Origin: Candidatus Kerfeldbacteria bacterium
Lineage (GTDB): Bacteria > Patescibacteriota > Patescibacteriia > UBA9570 > XYC2-FULL-38-9
Reading direction: 5' to 3'
Assembly (NCBI GenBank): GCA_016182555.1
Contig: JACPGJ010000007.1
Coordinates: forward strand, 64,053-128,052
Length of the DNA: 64,000 nucleotides
Position numbers and translations under genes: made by a program. The notes beneath the pieces are model-generated. The model saw only the letters and a list, made by a program, of their open reading frames with translations. It searched no databases and was not told where the DNA came from. Shown here piece by piece: positions 20,437 through 29,552 of this stretch. Numbering within the stretch: position 1 is the first letter of the stretch; each line of letters starts with the position of its first letter.

Positions 20437-22095
20437 CTATTTTTTGTGTGCTGCTCGAGCATGGCGGTATTTCGCTGGCTTATTCACTGGAAATGGCCGT
20501 TCTTCTAATGCCATAATAGCGTAGGCCGTATTCAACGCTTCAATACTCTGTGAACCAGCCGTATCATAACGAAATGCACCCGCAATATGCCTTTGAACGG
20601 TGCCTAAAAATGTAAATCCATCATGGTTATTTGTCGTCATTGCACGTGGTTCATGCTTTCGTGCACGCAACGCCATGATCACCCACGCCGTTGTGGACGC
20701 ATTCGATCGGCTATCAACGGTATATCCCCATCCACCATCTGGTTGCTGTGTATGGCGCAAAAACTGTACCACCTGTTTGCGATATGGTTTTAAATCAATG
20801 CCCAATTTTGCTGTTTTGCGCTCACCCATAAACCGAGCGGCCATCGACAACCATGCAGCTGACATATCGATATCCGCATCGCCACCAACGGCAAACGATA
20901 CACCACCATCATCATTTACACAATTCAACGAGTAGGCCACGGCATCGTGTACATCAGTAGAATTCAGTGGTTCGTCTGCAGCGAACAACGCGAGCGCTGC
21001 AAAAATATCATCGTTGCAATATCCTTCTGTGCCAAATTGATTATTCGTTTTTGTATTTTTTAAACGCTGTACATAATCCACACCATCGGCATTGCGTGCG
21101 TCGGAACCAATGGCTTCTAAAGCTAAAATATGCCGCGTCAATTCGCCCGCACCATCTGCGACTGTTGGGTGATATGCTTTCACTGCCGCAACAACTCGAT
21201 CATCTTGTTGGTGTGCCGCCGCCAACGCCATTGCAGACCATTCGGTCGTTCCAATATCGTTAATCAAACCATCTTCATTCACTGCTCCGCGTAAATACTG
21301 TACGCCTTGTTCGGTCGCGTGAAAACGCTGCGCATGAGATAACCGTTTACGTGTCTCAGCTTGCGTATACACATATAATACTTCCGCTGTGGTTTTGGTT
21401 GCCTCACCAGATGTAGCGTACACCGTAAATGTTCCGGCATCAGATGGAGTAAAAAATGCTTGGCCAAACGCATCGGTGGTGACTGCGGTATCACCAAAAT
21501 AAACCGTTGCTCCAACTGTCGGAATATACGAACCAGTTGAACTCGTGTAATCGTATATATACGAATCAACAAATGCTGCAACTGGGCGACCAGTACTGCG
21601 ATGATTTCGGTTCAACGTTAATCGCAATGGCGCCGTACTTCCATCTCCATACGTGAACAACAATTCATCACCATCAGCAACTGGTTGATCGGCAATGCCC
21701 AGCATCGCTGATTCATAATTCACATAATACAACCAAAAGGTGGAATAATCTCCCATGTATTCACTGATGCTATTCAAATACAATCCATACGAACTATCCA
21801 CCAACTCATAGGTGAACCCTATTTGCGCGGCAGCCAAATTCAATGCACAAACCGCCGTGACACCAGTAACCGTGTGATCAGTGCCAGTAGAATCGGTCAC
21901 GGTACAGCCGTCGCTTGAAACATACACTGTCGTGTTCGCAACAGTTTCCGTTGGCGTTTCAATACGGACAGTGACACCAGCATAGGTTGCGGCGTGTGTT
22001 GGATGGCTCACTCCAGCAAACAGCGATAGCGTGAGAACGAACAGACCAAGTTTCCAGAATTTTTTCATAGCTCTATTGTTAATATTCGTGTTCAT
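20437..22095 (-). CDS. Exported DUF4430 plus prenyltransferase/squalene-cyclase-like alpha-barrel protein; candidate cobalamin-binding protein
   Basis: Signal peptide; YGLYLNSI...WLYYVN...GIADQPVADGDEL (DUF4430-like); QQPDGGWG, NDDGGVSF, TAWVIMAL repeats; start may be the internal MKKF. Confidence 0.75.
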   Translation of the reverse strand: MNTNINNRAMKKFWKLGLFVLTLSLFAGVSHPTHAATYAGVTVRIETPTETVANTTVYVSSDGCTVTDSTGTDHTVTGVTAVCALNLAAAQIGFTYELVDSSYGLYLNSISEYMGDYSTFWLYYVNYESAMLGIADQPVADGDELLFTYGDGSTAPLRLTLNRNHRSTGRPVAAFVDSYIYDYTSSTGSYIPTVGATVYFGDTAVTTDAFGQAFFTPSDAGTFTVYATSGEATKTTAEVLYVYTQAETRKRLSHAQRFHATEQGVQYLRGAVNEDGLINDIGTTEWSAMALAAAHQQDDRVVAAVKAYHPTVADGAGELTRHILALEAIGSDARNADGVDYVQRLKNTKTNNQFGTEGYCNDDIFAALALFAADEPLNSTDVHDAVAYSLNCVNDDGGVSFAVGGDADIDMSAAWLSMAARFMGERKTAKLGIDLKPYRKQVVQFLRHTQQPDGGWGYTVDSRSNASTTAWVIMALRARKHEPRAMTTNNHDGFTFLGTVQRHIAGAFRYDTAGSQSIEALNTAYAIMALEERPFPVNKPAKYRHARAAHKK

Positions 22096-22783
22096 AATGC
22101 CAACTAATCGTATCCCCTTTCTTCACCGTTTGCGTGGAGATACCGGCAGTCGATTTCGTACCGTTCACATAATATATCCAGTACATTCCCCCATCTTCTT
22201 CTAGACCACTGATGGATTCAACATATGCTCCCATACTGCCGAATTTTTTTACACTGTAGGTGAATCCATCATCTCGCGCCGCTTGCATAACGGTTTCTAC
22301 CGTACTTCCTGTATCCACTTTTACGCTATACGATTCGGTCGTGCCTGTCGGTTGAATGACTTGTAATGCTACAGAAACTTGCTTCACTTCTTCTTGTTCT
22401 TCTGTGGGTGGTGATTCTTGCGCAGTTTGCTCTTCTTCTGGCGGCGATTCTGGTTCCTGTGTTGTTTCGGGTGGTGGTTCTTCTATGGCTGGGGTCTCAT
22501 TTGTATTTACCGCTAATAGTTCTCCTGTTGTATCCGTTGTCACTTCGTTCGTTGGCGGTGTCTCGGCCACATCTTCATGTATTGTTTCTACTGCTTCTGG
22601 CGCTGCTGCCACACCAACCGTTTGATCTACCGTATCAGCACCTTCTTCAACAACGGGCGGTGAATTCGGTTCATTATTCAGCGTTTGCAAGTCAGACGGT
22701 GGATCTGTTTTTTGTACGCAAGAAGCCCCCATACTCAAAATGAGCAAACAATAGAGCAGTAATTTTCGTGAATAATAGGGCAT
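22079..22783 (-). CDS. DUF4430-domain lipoprotein with an acidic Pro/Glu linker; candidate B12 binder
   Basis: Lipobox MGASC; MGAYVESISG...YWIYYVNG...GISTQTVKKGDTISW; ATG at 22783 just after the riboswitch terminator. Confidence 0.8.
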   Translation of the reverse strand: MPYYSRKLLLYCLLILSMGASCVQKTDPPSDLQTLNNEPNSPPVVEEGADTVDQTVGVAAAPEAVETIHEDVAETPPTNEVTTDTTGELLAVNTNETPAIEEPPPETTQEPESPPEEEQTAQESPPTEEQEEVKQVSVALQVIQPTGTTESYSVKVDTGSTVETVMQAARDDGFTYSVKKFGSMGAYVESISGLEEDGGMYWIYYVNGTKSTAGISTQTVKKGDTISWHYEHEY

Positions 22784-22786
22784 AAG

Positions 22787-22814
22787 AAAAATAAAAAATT
22801 CCTCTCTCGAGGAA
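22787..22814 (-). terminator. Riboswitch expression-platform terminator
   Basis: Minus strand TTCCTC-GAGA-GAGGAA followed by TTTTTTATTTTT, just before the ATG. Confidence 0.75.
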
Positions 22815-22852
22815 CGGTTGGAAGATGCGCAGACAATAACAACGCTAGCTCC

Positions 22853-22990
22853 CACCCCTTGCTCGAGAGTGTGTGGTTCAAGGTATCTGGCTTACTTGGA
22901 GTGCAAAGGCACACCAAGATTACAGTTGCGGCACAGCTCCGGATTCGCACCGGAATTCCCTTGGAATGAAAATAAAAAGTTCGTGCACCT
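22853..22990 (-). ncRNA. Cobalamin riboswitch (short, class II-like)
   Basis: Minus strand CAAGGGAATTCCGGTGCGAATCCGGAGCTGTGCCGCAACTGTAA...AAGCCAGATACCTTG: GGGAA, T-loop P4, GCnACTG and B12-box AGCCAG; only a short P6 hairpin. Confidence 0.88.
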
Positions 22991-23015
22991 ACTTTAACGC
23001 TGTCTTGTGCAGCTG

Positions 23016-23675
23016 TCAAATTTTACCTTTTTTGGAACGCAATCCACGCACAATACGCGCAATACCCATCACCACCAAAACCAAAATAGAATACCCAACA
23101 AACCAGAAGATGGAAATAATACCCACACCGCGCCAACCACCAAGATTATCTAAAATTTCATGAAATGGATTGCTGCTTGTTCCCAGTGCCATCGCCGTAG
23201 CATTCTGGTCGCACAATAACCCAGGCGTACTTCCACAGAGCGTTGCCAAATCAGCTGATGGTGTTCTGTGTTTTTTTTCTGACCCTTTGGTGGTGGTGTT
23301 CTCCGGTGCGTTACTATATGCTGATTCACTTTGGGTGGTCGCTCCCGAACTTCCAAGTACGACAAATTGTTGATTTTGTGAAACTATTTGCTCTGTTCCG
23401 GTTGCATTTTCATGGTTGATAAACAAATACGTTGGCACAGCGGAAACGATAGTCAGCAACAATATAAGTACGACCGGCATCGCAAATACTGGCAATCTTC
23501 TAGTGCGCATTGGCTGCGGTACTGGCTCTGACAACCGCGTTGCCCAAAAAGACTGCCGCAACCGTTGTTCAACACGATCAATAGAATCTGCCAACGGTTC
23601 CTGTTGAATCTGCATTCGCACACTCCGCAATAATGCTTCTTCTCGTTCAAATTGTTCGTGAATATATTTCTTCAT
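23016..23675 (-). CDS. Membrane protein, putative anti-sigma factor
   Basis: Overlaps the stop of the ECF sigma gene (ATGA); two TM segments. Confidence 0.55.
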   Translation of the reverse strand: MKKYIHEQFEREEALLRSVRMQIQQEPLADSIDRVEQRLRQSFWATRLSEPVPQPMRTRRLPVFAMPVVLILLLTIVSAVPTYLFINHENATGTEQIVSQNQQFVVLGSSGATTQSESAYSNAPENTTTKGSEKKHRTPSADLATLCGSTPGLLCDQNATAMALGTSSNPFHEILDNLGGWRGVGIISIFWFVGYSILVLVVMGIARIVRGLRSKKGKI

Positions 23676-24214
23676 AAATGTTTTCGTAAACGTTTCAAGG
23701 CACGGTGAATCCGCACCGTACAGGTATTCGCAGAAATCCCAAGCATTTCGGCAATTTCTTCATTCGCGCGATCTTCAATATATTTCAAATGAAGAATCAA
23801 TTGGTCGGCCGGTGAACACTGTACCAACGCGCGTTGTACATCAATCATTTCCCGTTGCTGATGCATGCCCGCCAATTGACGCTCGTCTGGCATCTGCGTG
23901 AGCACCTCATCTTCCACAAATTCTACGCGTTGCTTCCGGTAATGCGCACGAATATGGTTCATCGCAACGGTGAATACCCACGCGGAAAATGGTCGGCCTT
24001 GATCCTGGTACGTATGCACATATTTCAATATCGACACAAATGTTTCCTGAGCAATATCTTCAGCTAATTCTTGATTGCGCACCTTCACCAAGGCAAACCG
24101 AAGCACGCGCTGTGCATATAGTCGATACAGCTCAATAAACGCGCTTTCATCGGTTTGGGCTTGGACGCGGGCAAGCAGCTCTGGGCTTGCCTCTGGCCAC
24201 GAATGGTCAGTCAT
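23672..24214 (-). CDS. ECF RNA polymerase sigma factor
   Basis: AEDIAQETF, FSAWVFTVAMN, EEIAEMLGIS...RIHRAL. Confidence 0.92.
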   Translation of the reverse strand: MTDHSWPEASPELLARVQAQTDESAFIELYRLYAQRVLRFALVKVRNQELAEDIAQETFVSILKYVHTYQDQGRPFSAWVFTVAMNHIRAHYRKQRVEFVEDEVLTQMPDERQLAGMHQQREMIDVQRALVQCSPADQLILHLKYIEDRANEEIAEMLGISANTCTVRIHRALKRLRKHL

Positions 24215-24359
24215 GGTAAGTGTGCCTGGCAATTGTTCTCTTCCATCCTGTACAATGCCAATCGCGGCCAAGATATTACAGGGTTGGAATATCGCCCTAT
24301 TGTACGCAGGAACCAATTTTTTGTATACTATTAAGCATCTCACTTCATTGAACCCTATT

Positions 24360-25106
24360 ATGCCAACACAACCCCCAACATCGACCCATGAATATCACAC
24401 CCGACACGCTTTTTGGGCAGGGTTTATTACTGCCATAGGCATGAGTGCGATTGCGGTTATTATCGTTAGTATCGGTATTGTGGCGGTGAATAAAGAGCAT
24501 GCAGCGAACAATATAAACTCCAACGAGCAAGAAGTCGCGACGAATGCACCGGTAAATGTAGAACCGATTGATGCCGTGGACCTAAACAACATTCGCTACT
24601 CTACAAGTAGCGGCGACCTCACCTTTATTGAATATCTCGATCTAGAATCATCGTTTAGTAAAAAATACTATGAAGAAATAAAAAATCTAGAAGCACGCTA
24701 TGATGGGCGTATCCGTTTTGTGGTAAAACATTTCCCCCTCAATGTTCATCCTACTTCGAAGCAAGATGCGATTGCCGCTGAATGCGCCGGTAATCAAGAC
24801 AAATTTTTAGAATATATTGACGGCTTTTTTGCACAAACCCCACCTGCTAATGGGTTCACGGAAACGACATTGTTATCTGTCGCCAATACACTCAGCCTAG
24901 ACGCACAAGCATTTTCTACCTGTCTCGAAAACGAAGAAACATTGTTTGAAGTAGCACAAGATGCGCTTGAAGCAACGGCCTCTGGCGCAACCGGTACACC
25001 ACATTCCATTTTAGTTGATAAAAACGGAAAAATTCTGACGCGATTCAAAGGCGTCGTGAGCACGGCACAATTGCAGCAGACATTTGATGAAACCTTGCAG
25101 AAATGA
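24360..25106 (+). CDS. DsbA/thioredoxin_4-like membrane-anchored protein lacking CxxC
   Basis: EYLDLESSFS in place of EYxDFECPFC; KHFPL, AAECA..Q, GATGTP. Confidence 0.85.
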   Translation: MPTQPPTSTHEYHTRHAFWAGFITAIGMSAIAVIIVSIGIVAVNKEHAANNINSNEQEVATNAPVNVEPIDAVDLNNIRYSTSSGDLTFIEYLDLESSFSKKYYEEIKNLEARYDGRIRFVVKHFPLNVHPTSKQDAIAAECAGNQDKFLEYIDGFFAQTPPANGFTETTLLSVANTLSLDAQAFSTCLENEETLFEVAQDALEATASGATGTPHSILVDKNGKILTRFKGVVSTAQLQQTFDETLQK

Positions 25107-25801
25107 ACCCATCGATACTGGTGATTGATAAACCGATTGGGTTCACCTCCCATGATGTGGTGAATATTGTTCGCCGAAAAACGGGTGAACGGCGCGTTGG
25201 TCATGCGGGAACACTCGATCCACTCGCCACCGGCATTTTAATTGTGCTCGTTGGCAAAGAAGCCACAAAACGGCAAGCGGAATTCATGGGGTTGCCAAAA
25301 GAATATGAAACGGCGATTACTTGCGGGGAGACGAGCGCGACAGATGACGCCGAAGGTCCACTCACTCCCAAAGCGACTTTGCAGCAACTGATGGATTTGA
25401 AAAAGGAAGATGTGCTACGTGTATTGCCACAATTTATGGGCACCATTCAACAACGGCCTCCCATCTACTCTGCTATTAAAAAAGACGGACAACCGTTGTA
25501 TAAAAAAGCGCGGCGTGGAGAAATCGCCGCCACGGATGTTGCGCCACGCTCGGTGACGATTGATGATATTGAATTGATTCGATTTATTCCGGCAACTCCA
25601 CCGTTTCCCCCACTTATTCGTTTGCGGATTTCATGCCAAAAAGGGGTGTATATTCGTTCGCTGGCGCGCGATATTGGTGAAGCGTTGGGTGTGGGAGCAT
25701 ATATGTCCGAACTCAAACGTACCGCCGTTGGACCATATACATTGCCCAAAGCCATGACACTGGATACATTTGAAAAACAATGGAATAGTGAAAAAAAGTA
25801 A
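25103..25801 (+). CDS. truB: tRNA pseudouridine(55) synthase
   Basis: DKPIGFTSHDVV, GHAGTLDPLATG, PPIYSAIK, KGVYIRSLARDIG. Confidence 0.97.
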   Translation: MNPSILVIDKPIGFTSHDVVNIVRRKTGERRVGHAGTLDPLATGILIVLVGKEATKRQAEFMGLPKEYETAITCGETSATDDAEGPLTPKATLQQLMDLKKEDVLRVLPQFMGTIQQRPPIYSAIKKDGQPLYKKARRGEIAATDVAPRSVTIDDIELIRFIPATPPFPPLIRLRISCQKGVYIRSLARDIGEALGVGAYMSELKRTAVGPYTLPKAMTLDTFEKQWNSEKK

Positions 25802-25802
25802 T

Positions 25803-26369
25803 ATGAAAATCTATACAAAAACCGGAGACCAAGGAGAAAGCGGTTTATTTGGAGGAAAACGCGTACCCAAAAACCATGCACGCTTAGAAGCATACGGCAC
25901 CGTGGATGAGTTGAATGCACACATTGGTTTTGCATTGAGCCTTGCGCGAGAAGAAAAATTAGTTGCGCAATCGACAATAAACACACAGCTAAAAACTATC
26001 CAGCATACACTGTTTACTCTTGGCGCACATTTAGCAACGCCATACTCACTAGAAAAAATCCCGGCAACACTGCCAACATTTTCCTCTTCACCAGTAGAAC
26101 AATTGGAAACCTGGATCGATGACATGGAAAGAATACTTCCTCAATTAACCGGTTTTATTCTCCCTGGAGGCTCTCCCCTTGCCTCTGCCATTCATATCGC
26201 TCGCACAGTAACACGCCGTGTTGAACGTGCGGTGATCACCCTGCACCAAGAAGAATCCGTATTGCCAGAAATTCTGCAATACCTGAACCGTCTTTCCGAT
26301 TATCTTTTTGTTCTCTCTCGATATATCAATTTCCACACCGGCCACCAGGATGTATTGTGGAAAAAATAA
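25803..26369 (+). CDS. Cob(I)alamin adenosyltransferase, PduO type
   Basis: KIYTKTGDQG, AYGTVDELN, FILPGG, YLNRLSDYLF. Confidence 0.93.
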   Translation: MKIYTKTGDQGESGLFGGKRVPKNHARLEAYGTVDELNAHIGFALSLAREEKLVAQSTINTQLKTIQHTLFTLGAHLATPYSLEKIPATLPTFSSSPVEQLETWIDDMERILPQLTGFILPGGSPLASAIHIARTVTRRVERAVITLHQEESVLPEILQYLNRLSDYLFVLSRYINFHTGHQDVLWKK

Positions 26370-26375
26370 CAACCT

Positions 26376-27146
26376 TTATTCAGTGAATTCCAAACTCTCG
26401 GCAACTGTCAAAAATGCTTCATAGGTGCCCTGATCTTCCCCTTCATCTTGTCCATATTCATCAATCACTTCATCTACGGCATCCGTATCAACGGTTGCAA
26501 CGACTTCCACCGGATCAGTTTCTGCATTAAATGTAATCACAGACTGGCCATTCACCGTGACAAATGGATAGCGCGATGCTGAATTGGTATTATACAATAC
26601 AGCCATGGGATAGACTGTTGCACTAACATAATGCCACTCACGCCAGAAAATTGCCCGATCATTTTTTGTGATGATATTTTGATACACATTCACCGAACGG
26701 TTTTCTAATTCTTTATCAACAGATGCATTAAAAGTCAGTGCATCTCCGGTAACATATCGTTTATCACCTTCACCTTCAGAAGGAACAAAATCTGCGGTAT
26801 TCGCATAAACCGTCATAGATTGATCTTTCGCATTCTTCAGAATAACCGCATATTGTTTTCCTGTTTCAGGATCATTCGTATATCCTTCTTGGGAAATAGA
26901 CCAATCTTTCGGATACTGAAACGTGATACCCAGCTCTGCATTTTCGTATGTATTCAAATCAGCAACAATGGTATTGCCGGAATTCGTATTCTGATTTTTG
27001 TTTTCGTTCATGGTAGCCGAATTATTTACCGCAGCAGAGGTGGTGTTCGTCGGTTCATCCGTTGAAGTTGTCGCACATCCCGCACCAACAAAAACAAGTG
27101 CCGCTGACAGCAAGAATACAGCAGTGGAAATTTCTTTTTTTTTCAT
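26376..27146 (-). CDS. Hypothetical lipoprotein (PsbP-like N-terminal strand motif)
   Basis: VGAGC lipobox; YENAELGITFQYPKDW. Confidence 0.65.
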   Translation of the reverse strand: MKKKEISTAVFLLSAALVFVGAGCATTSTDEPTNTTSAAVNNSATMNENKNQNTNSGNTIVADLNTYENAELGITFQYPKDWSISQEGYTNDPETGKQYAVILKNAKDQSMTVYANTADFVPSEGEGDKRYVTGDALTFNASVDKELENRSVNVYQNIITKNDRAIFWREWHYVSATVYPMAVLYNTNSASRYPFVTVNGQSVITFNAETDPVEVVATVDTDAVDEVIDEYGQDEGEDQGTYEAFLTVAESLEFTE

Positions 27147-27167
27147 AGGCGTATGATCGTAAAGTGA

Positions 27168-29534
27168 TTATTGTGGGTAGTAATCGGTCACCGGAACCGA
27201 TCCATTTTGAGAAATAGCCAAGGCACGCAATTGGTCATCATACTGACCATCAGAGTTTTCTACACGAATAGTGTAATACCCCGCCGGCATCTCATCAATT
27301 GGTAATTCTGCCACGAGCGAAGTAGATGATTGAATATAGGTTTTCACAGCCGTATATGAGCCAATGTAGGCCACAGCTCCATTGCGGAAATTTGTTCCAT
27401 GAATTTCAATTTGCGCTTTATCATCATCACTAAACCATTCCTTAGCAATGCTGGCTGGTTCCGCTTCACTGACCACAGGAGCCGGGTCAGTAAACGGTGC
27501 TTCTCCATTCACGTTAATCGCACGAATAGTATCGTTATTTAATTCTGCAACAAGCAAACGTTTATCTCCAAGAGCGAGCATTCCTTTCGGATTATTAAAT
27601 TCGGCTACCTGCTGAGAACCATCGAAATATCCTCGCGTTCCAGAACCCGCAACCAATTTCGTCACACCCAATTTTCGATCGATCATGCGAATCGTGTTAC
27701 TCCCCACTTCAGAAATATAGATTCGACCACCGGCACCGCGAGTCAACCATTCTGGGTAGGAGAACACTGCTTTATCTATTGTCGCATCTAAATTCCCTGC
27801 ACTACCGGTTCCCGCATAAGTCGTCACTTCTCCAGTCGCGATTTTAATTCGACGAATAGCATGGTTATCACGGTCAGCGACAAACAAAGAATTCCCTGAT
27901 TTGCTTCGCATCATACCAATCGGTGCATTGAAACTTGCTGCCGTACCCACCCCATCGGTAAAACCTGCTGATCCACTACCCGCAAGCGTCGTCACTTTTC
28001 CTTTGTTTTCACCGCGCAACACCACCGTACGAATGCGATTATTCCCCGAATCCGTCACATACGCGTACTTCCCATCTTTGGAAATCACAATCCCCATTGG
28101 TCGGTTGAAATAGGCACAACCAGAAACATCTGTATCATATTCATTTGGACAGGCATCGCCATTGGCAAAATCGTTGGTTTCACTACCACGCAAGTTCACT
28201 TGCCCCGCGCCGGTCAAGTACGATACTTCCTTCGTTGCAATATTCACTTGTCGTAAACGATTGTTATTACGATCAACTACAATAAGGCGTTCGCCATCTT
28301 TGGTTAACGCAAAAGAAGTGATATCAGAAAATCGGGCTTGGTCACCAACGCGCACTTCGGTATCTTCTCCTTCAACATAATTATCAATCACACTGCCGGC
28401 AATCAATTTCGATTTGTGCAAATCGCCACGTCGCACTGAACGAATGCGATTATTTTCCGAAAAATAGATTGTTTTTTTATTTTTCGAGAGCACCATAAAT
28501 TTCGGATTTCCCACTAATACGGGTTTACGATTCTTCACATTAAACCGATCAGCCCCAGCAAACTTACTGTTCACGTTTGGATCCGCCAAATCATATTGCT
28601 GAATAATCCCAATGCCCGTTGCCACCACATATAATTGTCCATCATAAGTAGTGAGACCTTTTGGAAAATTGATCGACACCATATTCGTGTCGGAAGCAAA
28701 AACCGACACGGTACAACCCGTTAAATCAATCTCACGAACGCCATCACTAAAACCATCACCATCGCTCACAAACAAAGTGTTATCATCATACACATGAATA
28801 CCCCACACCTGATTAAAAGTCGCTTCTGTACAAGAACCATTCTTATCACCCTTATTCCCCGTACCAGCAATAGTCGCAACCGCTCCAGAAGATAAATTTA
28901 CTCGTTTAATTTGATACGTGCCCGCATTGGCAATATAGGCATACGTTCCATCTGGTGTAATATCCAATTTCACCGGGTCATTTAATGAAGAGGTAATCGT
29001 GGTCACACTGCCACCATTCACGGAAACTTTTTTTAACGCATTATTCCCGGTATCGAGAAAATAAACGGTGTTTCCATACACCCGCACTGCCTCCGGCGCA
29101 TTCAAATCACTCACCAGTGTGCTCACCGTATCATCTTCAATTTTTTTAATTTTGTTATTCCCGGTATCTGCCACATACACGGCGCCATTCGCAATATCCA
29201 CACCACGTGGCTGAAAAAATTCAGCTGTATCCGCAGCGCCAATATTGTCACCAGTAGAACCCGTGCCAGCCACCGTTTCCACAATCCCATCTGTTTCTAT
29301 TTTTCGCACCACATTATTCATCGTATCGGCTATCACAAACATGCCACCATCGGTGACATCAATATCATCTGGAAAATCAAACAAGGCTTCTAATGTATCT
29401 TTGCCATCACCGTAATAGGGCCGGCTCAAATAGGTGCTAACATCACCAAACGTTGCGAAGGCTCCCTGGGGCAGCCAAAGAGCAGTAGCAACTAGGCTCA
29501 GAAATAGTATACGTAGTCGAGATGTTGTGTGCAT
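27168..29534 (-). CDS. Secreted NHL-repeat beta-propeller protein with a C-terminal IPT/TIG-like domain
   Basis: Repeated YVADTGNNKI, YVTDSGNNRI, FNAPIG units; signal peptide; APVVSEAEP...IHGTNF. Confidence 0.85.
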   Translation of the reverse strand: MHTTSRLRILFLSLVATALWLPQGAFATFGDVSTYLSRPYYGDGKDTLEALFDFPDDIDVTDGGMFVIADTMNNVVRKIETDGIVETVAGTGSTGDNIGAADTAEFFQPRGVDIANGAVYVADTGNNKIKKIEDDTVSTLVSDLNAPEAVRVYGNTVYFLDTGNNALKKVSVNGGSVTTITSSLNDPVKLDITPDGTYAYIANAGTYQIKRVNLSSGAVATIAGTGNKGDKNGSCTEATFNQVWGIHVYDDNTLFVSDGDGFSDGVREIDLTGCTVSVFASDTNMVSINFPKGLTTYDGQLYVVATGIGIIQQYDLADPNVNSKFAGADRFNVKNRKPVLVGNPKFMVLSKNKKTIYFSENNRIRSVRRGDLHKSKLIAGSVIDNYVEGEDTEVRVGDQARFSDITSFALTKDGERLIVVDRNNNRLRQVNIATKEVSYLTGAGQVNLRGSETNDFANGDACPNEYDTDVSGCAYFNRPMGIVISKDGKYAYVTDSGNNRIRTVVLRGENKGKVTTLAGSGSAGFTDGVGTAASFNAPIGMMRSKSGNSLFVADRDNHAIRRIKIATGEVTTYAGTGSAGNLDATIDKAVFSYPEWLTRGAGGRIYISEVGSNTIRMIDRKLGVTKLVAGSGTRGYFDGSQQVAEFNNPKGMLALGDKRLLVAELNNDTIRAINVNGEAPFTDPAPVVSEAEPASIAKEWFSDDDKAQIEIHGTNFRNGAVAYIGSYTAVKTYIQSSTSLVAELPIDEMPAGYYTIRVENSDGQYDDQLRALAISQNGSVPVTDYYPQ

Positions 29535-29552
29535 AGGGGTAGATAAAAATAA

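Noticed and set aside
24075-24359. N-terminal extension of the DsbA-like ORF, and other long overlapping antisense ORFs (e.g. 9490..10053, 12602..13198, 51255..51905, 50728..51264)
   Set aside because: These are shadow frames opposite better-supported genes, especially in GC-rich DNA, with no recognisable motifs.
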